Source: an uncultured Gemmatimonadales bacterium
GTDB lineage: Bacteria > Gemmatimonadota > Gemmatimonadetes > Longimicrobiales > RSA9
Reading direction: 5' to 3'
Length of the DNA: 64,000 nt
Assembly: GCA_963816355.1 (NCBI GenBank)
Contig: CAWFKH010000004.1
Location: 382,689 to 446,688, forward strand
Part shown: piece by piece, positions 37,444-46,699 of the stretch
How positions within the stretch are numbered: position 1 is the first letter of the stretch
How the letters are laid out: every line of letters begins with the position of its first letter
Notes under the pieces: generated by a model
The model's input: the letters and a program-made list of their open reading frames with translations, nothing else
What the model was told of the DNA's origin: nothing
Database searches by the model: none
Translations under genes and position numbers: made by a program

Positions 37444-38418
37444 ATGAGGATCACTCGCTTCACGCCCATCCTGCTCTCGCTGCTGGCGCTCGGTCCCGCG
37501 ATCGGCTGCGCCGGGGGCGACGCTGGCGACGCCGACGGCTCCGACGCCGCGAGCACCGGGGGCGCCGCGGCGCCGGCCGGCGCGCCGTCGGATGCCGCTT
37601 CGGGCGACGTCGTCGAAGTGACCGCGCACGATTTCGCGTTCCAGGCGCCGGACACGATCGCGCCCGGGTGGACGACGTTCCGCTTCCACAACGAAGGCGC
37701 GCAGACGCACTTCTTCGTGCTCGATCACCTGCCGGACGGCAGGAAGCTCGCCGATTTCGGGGCCGCGGTCGCGGCGCCGTTCGACAGGGCGTGGTCCGGG
37801 CTGCAGGCGGGGACGCTGAAGAAGTCCGAGGTCCCGGCGCTGCTCGGCAGCATGCTGCCGCCGTGGTTCGGCGGCGTCGAGCAGACCGGCGGCGTGGGTC
37901 TGGTGGCGCCGGGCGGCACCGGCCAGGCGACGGTGCGTCTCGAGCCAGGCACGTACGTGATCGAGTGCTACGTCAAGACACCCGACGGGCAGTTCCACAC
38001 CTCGCTCGGCATGGCACGCCAGCTCGACGTCGCCGGCGAGCCGGCAATGGCCGCCGCGCCATCCGCCGACGCCGAGATCACGTTCGCGAACGGCGCGATG
38101 CAGGCACCCGCCGAGCTGAGCGCCGGCCGCCACACCGTCGCCGTCCACTACCAGGACAAGGCCGCCGGCATCCTCGCCAACGATGTCCACGTGGCGCGGC
38201 TCAACGAGGGACAGAACGCGCGGGATCTGGCGCCGTGGATGGACTGGATGAACGTGCAGGGTCTGCGCGCGCCGGCGCCCGCCACCTTCCTCGGCGGCGT
38301 GCAGGAGGTGCCCACCGGCGGCACCGCCTACTTCACCGTCGACCTCGAGGCGGGCCGCTACACCTGGATCTCGGAGAACGCCGAGCAAGGCATGGTGCAG
38401 GCGTTCACCGTGCGCTGA
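37444..38418 (+). CDS. Lipoprotein with two cupredoxin-like domains
   Basis: GAGGAG RBS; lipobox AIGC; VEVTAHDFAF..PDTIAPG, LEPGTYVIECYVKTPDGQFHTSLGM; second repeat VDLEAGRY..GM. Confidence 0.75.
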   Translation: MRITRFTPILLSLLALGPAIGCAGGDAGDADGSDAASTGGAAAPAGAPSDAASGDVVEVTAHDFAFQAPDTIAPGWTTFRFHNEGAQTHFFVLDHLPDGRKLADFGAAVAAPFDRAWSGLQAGTLKKSEVPALLGSMLPPWFGGVEQTGGVGLVAPGGTGQATVRLEPGTYVIECYVKTPDGQFHTSLGMARQLDVAGEPAMAAAPSADAEITFANGAMQAPAELSAGRHTVAVHYQDKAAGILANDVHVARLNEGQNARDLAPWMDWMNVQGLRAPAPATFLGGVQEVPTGGTAYFTVDLEAGRYTWISENAEQGMVQAFTVR

Positions 38419-38423
38419 GACGC

Positions 38424-38456
38424 GGGCGCGGGGTGAGCTCGACCCACCCCGCGCCC
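38424..38456 (+). terminator. Hairpin after cupredoxin gene
   Basis: gggcgcggggtg-agctcgacc-caccccgcgccc. Confidence 0.45.
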
Positions 38457-38544
38457 GGCCGTCGTCTTCGTGAGGGTCAGCGCCGCAACCGGCGCGCGAT
38501 CCGCCGCAACCGGCGCGCGATCCGCCGCAACCGGCGCGCGATCC

Positions 38545-38725
38545 GCGAGAACAATCTCGTAATCGACGCACGCCCGACCATCGCCATCCGGGTTTTGCTC
38601 GGAAAGCGGGAAGAATCTCGTAGCGGATGCGCCGGAGCCGTGCCGGTTACGAGATTTGTCTCGGTTTCCGAGACAAATCCGGATGGCGATGGTGGAGACG
38701 ACGTCCATTACGAGAAATTGATCGC
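38545..38725. repeat. ~180-bp palindromic dispersed element, copy 1
   Basis: ~78-bp imperfect inverted arms (atctcgtaat...accatcgccatccgg...ctcggaaa...aatctcgta) around a ~25-bp loop; similar to 55243-55423 and 57140-57216. Confidence 0.8.
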
Positions 38726-38923
38726 CCCGCGGGAGCCCCACCGGCGCCGCACCCTTTCGGGCCGCGCGCCCCCGCGCGAGCCCCGCGGCGTCGGCGGCTG
38801 TCCGGCCGCCCGCCCCCGCGCGAGCCCCGCCCCGCGCCGGCTGCATTGCGTTTCTCCCCTGTCCCACGAATGTTCGGCAACCGATCCGGTTCAACGCCGA
38901 ACGCGCCCCCAACCCGCCGACCC

Positions 38924-39967
38924 ATGATCCATCGACTGTGGCACGGCTGGACGACGCCCGCGAACGCCGACGCCTACGAGACTCTGCTCCGCACGGAGGT
39001 CCTGCCCGGCATCGCCGCCCGCGGCATTCCCGGCTATCACGGCGCGACGCTCCAGCGCCGCGACGTCGCCGGCGAAGTCGAGTTCATGACGACGCTGCGC
39101 TTCGCGTCGCTCGACGCCGTGCGCGCCTTCGTCGGCGACGACGCGACCGTCTCGTACGTGCCGCCGCCCGCGCGCGCGCTGCTCTCCCGCTACGACGGGC
39201 GCGCCACGCACTACGACGTCGTGCTCGAGCAGCAGAGCGCCGATCGGGTGGCCGCGCGTGAGACCGTCGCGGCCGCGCATGAGCCCATCCCGCCCGTGGG
39301 CGAGCCCATCGCGGCCGCGCATGAGCCCATCCCGCCCGGGGGTGAGCCCATCGCGGCCGCGCATGAGTCCGCCGCGCCGGCGCGTGAGCCCACACCCGCC
39401 ACACCCGCCGCGCCCGCCACACCCGCCGCGCCCGCCACACCCGCCACACCCGCCACACCCGCCACACCCGCCGCGCCCGCCACACCCGCCACCGCCGGCG
39501 CCGCGATCGCCGCCGCCATCCGCGCGTCGATCACCGGGCCGATGTGGCACGGCCCCACGCTGCACGACGCGGTCGAAGGCGTGAGCGCGGAAGACGCCGC
39601 CGCGCACCCGATCACCGGCGCGCACTCGATCTGGGAGCTCGCCGCCCACGTCGCCGCCTGGGCCGACATCGCGCGCGAGCGCATCGGCGGGCGCGCCGTC
39701 GAGGTCACGCCGGAGCGCAACTTCCCGCCGATCCCGGAGGTCCGCGAGTCCGCGTGGGCCGAGACGATCCGCGACATGGAGGCCCGCTACGACGCTCTCG
39801 CCGTCGCCGTCGAATCGCTGGACGACGTCGCCCTGCGCCGCAGCGCCGGCCAGGGACAGCCCACCGTCGAGGCGATGGCGCGCGGCGTCGTCGAGCACGG
39901 CGTCTACCACGCCGGCCAGATGTCGCTGCTGCGGCGCGCGCTCGGAGGCGCGCCTCCGGCGAGCTGA
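38924..39967 (+). CDS. Fusion of ABM-like dimeric alpha/beta-barrel domain and DinB-family domain
   Basis: MIHRLWHGWTTPANADAYE...VPPPARALLSRYD; repeat linker; WHGP, HSIWELAAH, GVVEHGVYHAGQ. Confidence 0.78.
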   Translation: MIHRLWHGWTTPANADAYETLLRTEVLPGIAARGIPGYHGATLQRRDVAGEVEFMTTLRFASLDAVRAFVGDDATVSYVPPPARALLSRYDGRATHYDVVLEQQSADRVAARETVAAAHEPIPPVGEPIAAAHEPIPPGGEPIAAAHESAAPAREPTPATPAAPATPAAPATPATPATPATPAAPATPATAGAAIAAAIRASITGPMWHGPTLHDAVEGVSAEDAAAHPITGAHSIWELAAHVAAWADIARERIGGRAVEVTPERNFPPIPEVRESAWAETIRDMEARYDALAVAVESLDDVALRRSAGQGQPTVEAMARGVVEHGVYHAGQMSLLRRALGGAPPAS

Positions 39968-40057
39968 GGGCGCGGAGGGACGGCTGAGGGCGCGGGGGCT
40001 CGCCTCCGGCGAGCTGAGGGCGCGGAGGGACGGCTGAGGGCGCGGAGAAACAGCTCC

Positions 40058-40290
40058 TCACGGAGGGGTCGGAGGGGCGGAGGACACGGAGCCGGCGCGG
40101 GCGACGACGCGGCGGGGCGAGCCGGCTCCACAACGTCTTTTTGTTGGGTGGCAGGGCCCGGGAGGCGCGTTGCGCGGGCGAGGATCACCGGCCCTGCATG
40201 ATTCGACGGCGCCTCCCCCGTGCCCTCCGACCCTCCGACCCCTCCGTGCCAGGCTGTTTCTCCGCTATCTCCGTCCCTCCGTTCCCTCGC
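40058..40290. repeat. CGGAGG-periodic inverted-repeat element upstream of GxxExxY gene
   Basis: tcacggaggggtcggaggggcggaggacacggag (40058-40091) faces ccgtgccctccgaccctccgacccctccgtg (~40217-40248); further ctccg units to ~40290. Confidence 0.75.
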
Positions 40291-40380
40291 CGCCCGTGTG
40301 GCCATTCCGGCGCCCCGCGGATGGGCGCACCTTGGCGGGCGCGCGACGGCAGGGCCCCGCAACGCCGGAGACACGGAAGG

Positions 40381-41238
40381 GTGGGAGAGTTCTTGCAGGA
40401 TGACCGTCTCAATGCGCTCACGGGCCGCATCATCGGCGCGGCGATCGAAGTGCACCGGCGGCTCGGGCCCGGTCTCCTCGAATCGACCTACGACGCGTGC
40501 CTCGGCGCGGAGCTCCGGCACGTCGGCCTCCGCTACGATCGCCAGGTGGCGCTCCCCCTCACCTACCGCGACATCCGGCTCGACCGCAGCTACCGCATCG
40601 ACCTGCTCGTCGAAGCCGAGGTGATCGTCGAGATCGAGGTCGCCGCCGCGCTCACCCCGCTGCACGTCTCGCAGATCCTCACCCACCTCCGCCTCGCCGG
40701 CCTCGGTACCGGTCTGCTCCTCAACTTCAACGTCGCGACGCTCTCGCGCGGGGGTATTCGCCGCGTCCTGCAGGGCCACTCCCTCGCGACGCGAACGCCG
40801 GCGAATGCGGCGCAGGCAGCGAAGCGGCGACGTCGGCGCAGGCTCATCCGCCTCGCCGCTCCACCGCCCGCCGCGGGTGACCGGGTACGCGCGGAGGGGC
40901 CTGGTCGTGGCTTCGCCTTCCCTCAGATCCTGAACTCGAGGAAGCGGTCGAAGAGCGGAGTCTTGCGGTACTCGACGGTGCGGAGGCCACCTCGTCGTCC
41001 TGGCGAGTCGCGGCACTCGGCGAGGCCGAACTCGACCAGGGGCCAGAGCACCCGCACGTCGACCAGCCATTCGGGCGTGTCGAAATACCGGGGCAGGTCG
41101 TCCAGGGCGGCGGGGAGAACGATCCTCTCCGTGAGCCACTGCGCCGAGCGCCACTCGCCGGCCAACGCGCCGAAGCGGTTCAGCGTGAACGGGAGCTGGT
41201 ACTGGAGCCCCGGCCAGTCGGGCCCCCACCCGCCGTAG
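40381..41238 (+). CDS. GxxExxY family PD-(D/E)xK nuclease-like protein, possibly degenerate (family similarity ends ~40770)
   Basis: IIGAAIEVHRRLGPGLLESTY, YRIDLLVE..VIVEIE, GLLLNFNV, GIRRV; no stop after the domain, frame runs into the convergent gene. Confidence 0.8.
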   Translation: MGEFLQDDRLNALTGRIIGAAIEVHRRLGPGLLESTYDACLGAELRHVGLRYDRQVALPLTYRDIRLDRSYRIDLLVEAEVIVEIEVAAALTPLHVSQILTHLRLAGLGTGLLLNFNVATLSRGGIRRVLQGHSLATRTPANAAQAAKRRRRRRLIRLAAPPPAAGDRVRAEGPGRGFAFPQILNSRKRSKSGVLRYSTVRRPPRRPGESRHSARPNSTRGQSTRTSTSHSGVSKYRGRSSRAAGRTILSVSHCAERHSPANAPKRFSVNGSWYWSPGQSGPHPP

Positions 41239-42926
41239 GCGATGTTCATGTCGTGGAAGCGCGTGCGGAAGACGAGCGCGAACAGCTCGCCGGCGCTGTC
41301 GTCGCCGAGCAGCTCGCGGGCGCGGCGAGTGGCCTCGAGCCGCCCCTTCCGCTTGCGCGCGAGCCCCGCGGATTTCGCCGTGACGTGGGCCATGTGCAGC
41401 GGCCACACGTCGCCCTCGATGAGCCGGCCGCCGGTCTCCACAAAGGGGCGGAAGCGCTCCCGGGAGGCCATTTCCTCGACCAGCTCCCGCACCACCTTCA
41501 CCTTGAGGTTGCCCTTGTCGGTCAGGGGCAGCCCACCTTCGGCGGCGGCGCGAGCGACGAGCGTGCGGATTGCGGCGACGGCGTCGGATCGGGCGACGTC
41601 GCCCGGCGACGGATCCCGGCGCAGCACGAAGGCCCCGGCGTCGTCCCACTTCGACTGAAGAAGTGCCTGCACCTGCGCCGGCGAAAGGCCGCCGAGCGCG
41701 GCCTGCGGCCTGCTGTTGTACTCGTGCATGGAGCGGGACAGCCGTTCGTTGACGGCGGCCTGGAACGCGGACTCGTCGGCATCGGGGCCGAGCGCCGCCG
41801 CCACCTCCGCCACCGCGTCGCGGATCTCGCGGCCGAGATCCTGGTCGCCGAACGGAGAATCCGTCTCGGTGCCCGCGGCGCCCGCGTAGCGGAACTCGGC
41901 GCCGCCCGCCTCGTCGCGCCAGGCGAAGACGGTCGGCTCACCCGACTCCGATTCGTGGCGCAGGGGCTCCTCGTTCGCCGCCGCGAAGGCGGGCGTCGCA
42001 CGCAGCAGCGTCGCGAGATCGGCCGCGTCGGAGCGCGACACGCCGCCGCCAAGGGTGTTGATCGTGAACAGGACCGGCACGACGTCCTTGCGATCCCATC
42101 CGGCCCGCAGCACGTCGCGGACGTGGCGCGCAGGGAGCTCGCGGGCGTCGTCGAACGTGAACGAAAGCACGCGTCCCCTCACCCCGACGATGCCGCTGCC
42201 CGGCTCGGCGCGCAGGGTGCGCTCCAGGTCGCCCGCAGCGGAGTAGAGCGCGAGCCCGAACACCTCGCCGCCGGCGCCGAGCACGGACACCGTCCACTCG
42301 TTGCCCGACGCCATGCGCACGCGAGGTGCCTGTTCGTTGTCCATCACATCCCAGGGAGACGCGCTCCGGAACGCCACGGCCGCCTTCATGAGGTCGCGGC
42401 TCAGCTCGTCCGGCAGGCCCCAGCCGCGCCACGACCGCGGACAGCACACGGGCGGCCACGTCGCCTCGCCGGCGAGGTGCTCGATGAGAGCGCGCGCGGC
42501 CTCTTCGAGGTCCGGCAGGTCCGGCCTCGTCTCGATCGCCACGTCGCGCGATTCGAGGATCGGGGCGAGCGCCTCGGCGATCTCCGCCTGGCGCACCTGC
42601 ACGACGGCCGGCCAGCCCCCCGTCTTCCGGGCCGCGCCGCCGATCGCCCGCTCGAGCGCCGACGCGATGTCGTCCACTTCGCCGCCCAGGCGCGCCCGCA
42701 TCTCCGATTGGAGGACGACCCCGCCGGCGGTGACGAGCACCGCGACCGGGCGCGCATCGGGCTCGCTGTCGATGCCGATCTGGACGGGCACGGCCTCGAC
42801 TTCCCACGGCTCCTCCGCCCGTGCGGCACGATCACCGATCCCTGCCGCGAGGTCGTTCTTCTGGCAGCAGTTCTTGTATTTCTTACCGGACCCGCAGGGG
42901 CACGGGTCGTTGCGTCCGGGCTTCAT
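40923..42926 (-). CDS. SEC-C motif-containing multidomain protein
   Basis: GAGGAG RBS; MKPGRNDPCPCGSGKKYKNCC; YNSRPQAALGGLSPAQ; LTDKGNL. Confidence 0.85.
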   Translation of the reverse strand: MKPGRNDPCPCGSGKKYKNCCQKNDLAAGIGDRAARAEEPWEVEAVPVQIGIDSEPDARPVAVLVTAGGVVLQSEMRARLGGEVDDIASALERAIGGAARKTGGWPAVVQVRQAEIAEALAPILESRDVAIETRPDLPDLEEAARALIEHLAGEATWPPVCCPRSWRGWGLPDELSRDLMKAAVAFRSASPWDVMDNEQAPRVRMASGNEWTVSVLGAGGEVFGLALYSAAGDLERTLRAEPGSGIVGVRGRVLSFTFDDARELPARHVRDVLRAGWDRKDVVPVLFTINTLGGGVSRSDAADLATLLRATPAFAAANEEPLRHESESGEPTVFAWRDEAGGAEFRYAGAAGTETDSPFGDQDLGREIRDAVAEVAAALGPDADESAFQAAVNERLSRSMHEYNSRPQAALGGLSPAQVQALLQSKWDDAGAFVLRRDPSPGDVARSDAVAAIRTLVARAAAEGGLPLTDKGNLKVKVVRELVEEMASRERFRPFVETGGRLIEGDVWPLHMAHVTAKSAGLARKRKGRLEATRRARELLGDDSAGELFALVFRTRFHDMNIAYGGWGPDWPGLQYQLPFTLNRFGALAGEWRSAQWLTERIVLPAALDDLPRYFDTPEWLVDVRVLWPLVEFGLAECRDSPGRRGGLRTVEYRKTPLFDRFLEFRI

Positions 42927-43139
42927 GGACTCCTCTTTGTCAGAGATGCCACTTGAAGTCATCGGTGCTTGCGCGCCACACGTCAAGTCGCGCTCCGCGC
43001 TGCTGCGGCAAATGCTCGACGTCCGCTCCCGGCAGCAGAACGCGCGGCGCGGCCCGTTCCGCCGTCCGATCTCCCCGCGTCGGAAACCAACCCCACCCCT
43101 CGCGGGTAAACCCGCCCGCGAACGCAGCCGAGCCGCCGG

Positions 43140-43266
43140 ACCCCGGACCCGGAACGCCGGAACGCCGGAACGCCGGACGCCAGACCCGAACGCCGGACGC
43201 CAGACCCGAACGCCGGACGCCAGACCCGAACGCCGGACGCCAGACCCAGACCCCGGACCCCGGACC
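43140..43266. repeat. 8- and 20-bp tandem repeats upstream of ABC-F gene
   Basis: ccggaacg x3 then ccagacccgaacgccggacg x3 plus partial. Confidence 0.8.
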
Positions 43267-43333
43267 GAGAACGCCGCGCCGGACCCGGGACTTCCGGCCG
43301 CTCCGATCCTCAGACACCCGAGACCGCAGCCCC

Positions 43334-45394
43334 TTGATCTCCGTCTCCAACCTCGAAAAGACGTTCGGCGACCGCACGCTCTTCCGTGGCGCGAGCTTCC
43401 AGCTCAACGCCGGCTCCCGCTACGGCCTGGTCGGCGCGAACGGCTCCGGCAAGACGACGTTGCTCGGCATCCTGACGGGCGAGGTCGAGGCGTCGGACGG
43501 CGTCGTCGCCATCCCGTCCCGCGCGCGGCTCGGCGTGCTGCGGCAGGACCAGTTCCTCTACGAGGAGGAGCCGATCATCGGCGTCGTGATGATGGGCAAC
43601 CCCGAGCTGTGGCGGGCGCTGGTCGAGCGCGACGAGGTGCTCGCGCGCGCCGCGGACCACTTCGACGCCGAACGCTACGGGCGCCTCGAGGAGACGATCG
43701 AGCGGCACGACGGCTACGCCGCGGAGGCGCGGGCGGCGGAGATCCTGGAGGGGCTCGGCATCGCGGCCGACGCGCACCACCGTCCGCTGCGCACGCTGTC
43801 GGGCGGCTTCAAGCTGCGCGTCCTGCTGGCGCGCGCGCTCGCCGGCGCGCCGGACGCGCTGCTGCTCGACGAGCCCACGAACCACCTCGACATCCTCTCG
43901 ATCCGCTGGCTCGAGCGCTTCCTGCGCGGCTTCGCCGGGCCGGTCGTCGTGATCTCGCACGACCACCGCTTCCTCGACAACGTCGCCACGCACATCCTCG
44001 ACGTCGACTACGAGACGGTCACGCTCTACACCGGCGACTACGGCGCCTTCGCGGCGCAGAAGGCCGCGGAGCGGGAGCGTCGCGAGAAGGAGATCGAGAG
44101 CCGCGAGAAGGAGATCGCGCACCACCAGAAGTTCGTCGACCGTTTCCGCGCCAAGGCGAGCAAGGCGCGCCAGGCGCAGAGCAAGCTGCGCCTGATCGAG
44201 AAGAAGGCGGACGCGCTGGAGCCGCTCGCGCCGTCGTCGCGACGCTGGCCCACGTTCCGTTTCCGCGAGCGGCGCCACAGCGGGCGCGAGGTGCTCGACC
44301 TGCGCGGCGTCCGCAAGTCGTTCGCCGGCCGCGAGGTCCTCCACGGCGTCGACCTCCAGGTGCGGCGCGGCGACCGGCTCGCCATCATCGGGCCCAACGG
44401 CATCGGCAAGTCGACGCTGCTGAAGATCGCCGTCGGCGAGCTGGAGGCGGACGCCGGCGAGACGGCGTGGGGCTACGCCGCCGAAGTCGGCTACTTCGCG
44501 CAGGACCACAAGGAGCGCTTCGAGGACGCGGCCGGCACCGTCGAGACGCACGTCATGGAGCTCGACGGCGTCACGCGCGCCACCGCCCGCGGCTCGCTCG
44601 GCGCCGTCCTCTTCAGCGGCGACGACGCCGAGAAGCCGCTCACCGCGCTCTCCGGCGGCGAGGCGGCGCGGCTGGAGTTTTGCCGCCTGGCGCTGCAGCG
44701 GCCGAACGTCCTCGTGCTCGACGAGCCCACCAACCACCTCGACCTCGAGTCCATCGAGGCGCTCGTCGAGGCGCTCGAACGCTACGACGGCACGCTGATC
44801 CTCGTCTCGCACGACCGCTGGTTCGTCGGCCGCCTCGCGAATCGCATCGTCGAGATCCGCGCCGACGGCATCCGCGACTATCCCGGCACCTACGACGAGT
44901 ACGTCCACGCCTGCGGCGACGACCACCTGGACGTCGACCGCGCGCTCGAGGTGGCGAAGGGTGACGACGACGCCGGAGCGGCGACGAAGAGCGCCCGTGA
45001 TGCCGGAGCGGCGACGAAGGGCGGCGGCGACCGCGCGCGCGCCGCGACCGCGTCCGGCGATGGCGCGTCGCGGGGGCCCGGCGCGTCGGCAGGCCGCCGT
45101 GGACGCTCCGCAGACTCCCGCCGCTCCCCGCGCGCCGCAGGTTCGAACGGCGGCGATCCGAACCGGGCGCGCAAGCTCGAGGCGCGGCGCGACGCGCTGC
45201 TCGACGAGGTCGGCGGCGCCGAGGCGCGGATCGCCGCGATCGAGGCGCTCTTCTGCGACGCCTCGATCTACGACGCCGACCGGCTCGACGAGGTCCGCGC
45301 GCTGGAGGCGGAGCGCGGCGAGCTGCGCGCGCGCGTCCACGGGCTGCTGCGCGAATGGGAGTCGATCGAGAGGGAGCTGGCGGCGGCGCGCTGA
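43334..45394 (+). CDS. ABC-F family ATPase (YbiT/YheS-like)
   Basis: TTG start; two NBDs GANGSGKT/LSGG/LLLDEPTNHLD and GPNGIGKS/LSGGE/VLDEPTNHLD; no TM segments; C-terminal coiled coil. Confidence 0.93.
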   Translation: MISVSNLEKTFGDRTLFRGASFQLNAGSRYGLVGANGSGKTTLLGILTGEVEASDGVVAIPSRARLGVLRQDQFLYEEEPIIGVVMMGNPELWRALVERDEVLARAADHFDAERYGRLEETIERHDGYAAEARAAEILEGLGIAADAHHRPLRTLSGGFKLRVLLARALAGAPDALLLDEPTNHLDILSIRWLERFLRGFAGPVVVISHDHRFLDNVATHILDVDYETVTLYTGDYGAFAAQKAAERERREKEIESREKEIAHHQKFVDRFRAKASKARQAQSKLRLIEKKADALEPLAPSSRRWPTFRFRERRHSGREVLDLRGVRKSFAGREVLHGVDLQVRRGDRLAIIGPNGIGKSTLLKIAVGELEADAGETAWGYAAEVGYFAQDHKERFEDAAGTVETHVMELDGVTRATARGSLGAVLFSGDDAEKPLTALSGGEAARLEFCRLALQRPNVLVLDEPTNHLDLESIEALVEALERYDGTLILVSHDRWFVGRLANRIVEIRADGIRDYPGTYDEYVHACGDDHLDVDRALEVAKGDDDAGAATKSARDAGAATKGGGDRARAATASGDGASRGPGASAGRRGRSADSRRSPRAAGSNGGDPNRARKLEARRDALLDEVGGAEARIAAIEALFCDASIYDADRLDEVRALEAERGELRARVHGLLREWESIERELAAAR

Positions 45395-45410
45395 GCGTCG
45401 CCCGCCTCGC

Positions 45411-46424
45411 TCACGACGCGGCCGCGCCCGGCCGGACGAAACCCATCCGCTCGTACATCGTCGCGAGCGTCGGCCGGGCGGCGTCGCGCGCCTTCGCCGC
45501 GCCGAGCGCGAGAAGGCGCCGCAGCTCCGTCTCGTCGGCGCGCAGCGCCTCGTAGCGCTCGCGCACCGGCTCGAGCAGGGCGACGACGGCCTCCGCCACC
45601 TCCTTCTTGAACGCGCCGTAGCCGGAGCCGGCGAAGCGCGTCTCCAGGTCCGGGATCGACTCCCCACTGGCGACGCTCATGATCTCGAGCAGGTTCGAGA
45701 TGCCGGGCTTCGCGGCGGGGTCGTAGCGCACGTCGCGGCCCGAGTCGGTGACCGCCGAGCGGACCTTCTTCCGGATCGCGGCCGGCGTGTCCACGATGTA
45801 GACCGCGCCCTGCTCGCTGGACGTCGTCGTCGACATCTTGCGCGTCGGTTCCTGCAGGTCCATGACCCGGCCGCCCACCTCGGGGAAGATGCCTTCGGGG
45901 ACGCGGAACGTCTCGCCGAAGCGGTGGTTGAAGCGGCCCGCGACGTCGCGCGCGAGCTCGAGGTGCTGGCGCTGGTCGTCCCCGATCGGGACGAGGTCCG
46001 CCCGGTAGAGCAGGATGTCGGCCGCCATCAGCACCGGGTACGTGAAGAGGCCGGCCGAGATGAATTCGCGACCCTCCGACTTCTCCTTGAACTGCGTCAT
46101 CCGGCCGAGCTGGCCATAGCCGGTCACCGCGGCGAGGAGCCACGCCGCCTCCGCGTGCGCGCCGACGTGACTCTGGCAGAAGACCGTCGAGCGCTCCGCG
46201 TCGAGTCCACTCGCGAAGAGCAGCGCCGCCAGGTCGAGCGTCGCGGCGCGCAGCTCCGCGGGGTCGTAGCCGACCGTGATCGAATGCAGGTCGACGATGC
46301 AGAAGAACGCCTCGCCGCGCTCCTGCGTGCGCACGTACTGCCGCAGCCCGCCGCTGTAGTTGCCCAGCGTCTTCCGACCGGTGGGCTGGATGCCCGAAAA
46401 GATGCGGGGTCGCCCGTCGCTCAT
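45411..46424 (-). CDS. trpS: Tryptophanyl-tRNA synthetase
   Basis: IFSGIQPTG..TLGNY, IVDLHSIT, RMTQFKEK, YPVLMAADILLY, VPIGDDQRQHLELARD, KMSTT, KPGISNL. Confidence 0.96.
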   Translation of the reverse strand: MSDGRPRIFSGIQPTGRKTLGNYSGGLRQYVRTQERGEAFFCIVDLHSITVGYDPAELRAATLDLAALLFASGLDAERSTVFCQSHVGAHAEAAWLLAAVTGYGQLGRMTQFKEKSEGREFISAGLFTYPVLMAADILLYRADLVPIGDDQRQHLELARDVAGRFNHRFGETFRVPEGIFPEVGGRVMDLQEPTRKMSTTTSSEQGAVYIVDTPAAIRKKVRSAVTDSGRDVRYDPAAKPGISNLLEIMSVASGESIPDLETRFAGSGYGAFKKEVAEAVVALLEPVRERYEALRADETELRRLLALGAAKARDAARPTLATMYERMGFVRPGAAAS

Positions 46425-46560
46425 GCGTAACCCTGGAATCGTCGAGGAGAAGGTCGCGTGCCCCGGGCCGTGCGGGCCGTGGGAGCGGGCGTGCGAAGCG
46501 TGGGTCAAGGGTGGGGAAGGAGGAGGGGATACGCCAGGCCGGTCTGGGGTCTGCGGAGGC

Positions 46561-46698
46561 GGTCTGCGGGGGGTCTGGGGGACGGGGTCTGCGGGGGGTC
46601 TGGGGGACGGGGTCTGCGGGGGGTCTGGGGGACGGGGTCTGCGGGGGGTCTGGGGGACGGGGTCTGCGGGGGTCTGGGGGACGGGGTCTGCGGGGGGG
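46561..46698. repeat. 25-bp G-rich tandem repeat (~5.5 copies)
   Basis: ggtctgcggggggtctgggggacgg at 46561, 46586, 46611, 46636, 46661 and partial. Confidence 0.9.
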
Positions 46699-46699
46699 G

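Noticed and set aside
43334..45394. Antibiotic-resistance ABC-F
   Set aside because: Nothing visible distinguishes it from housekeeping YbiT/YheS-like proteins; needs phylogeny
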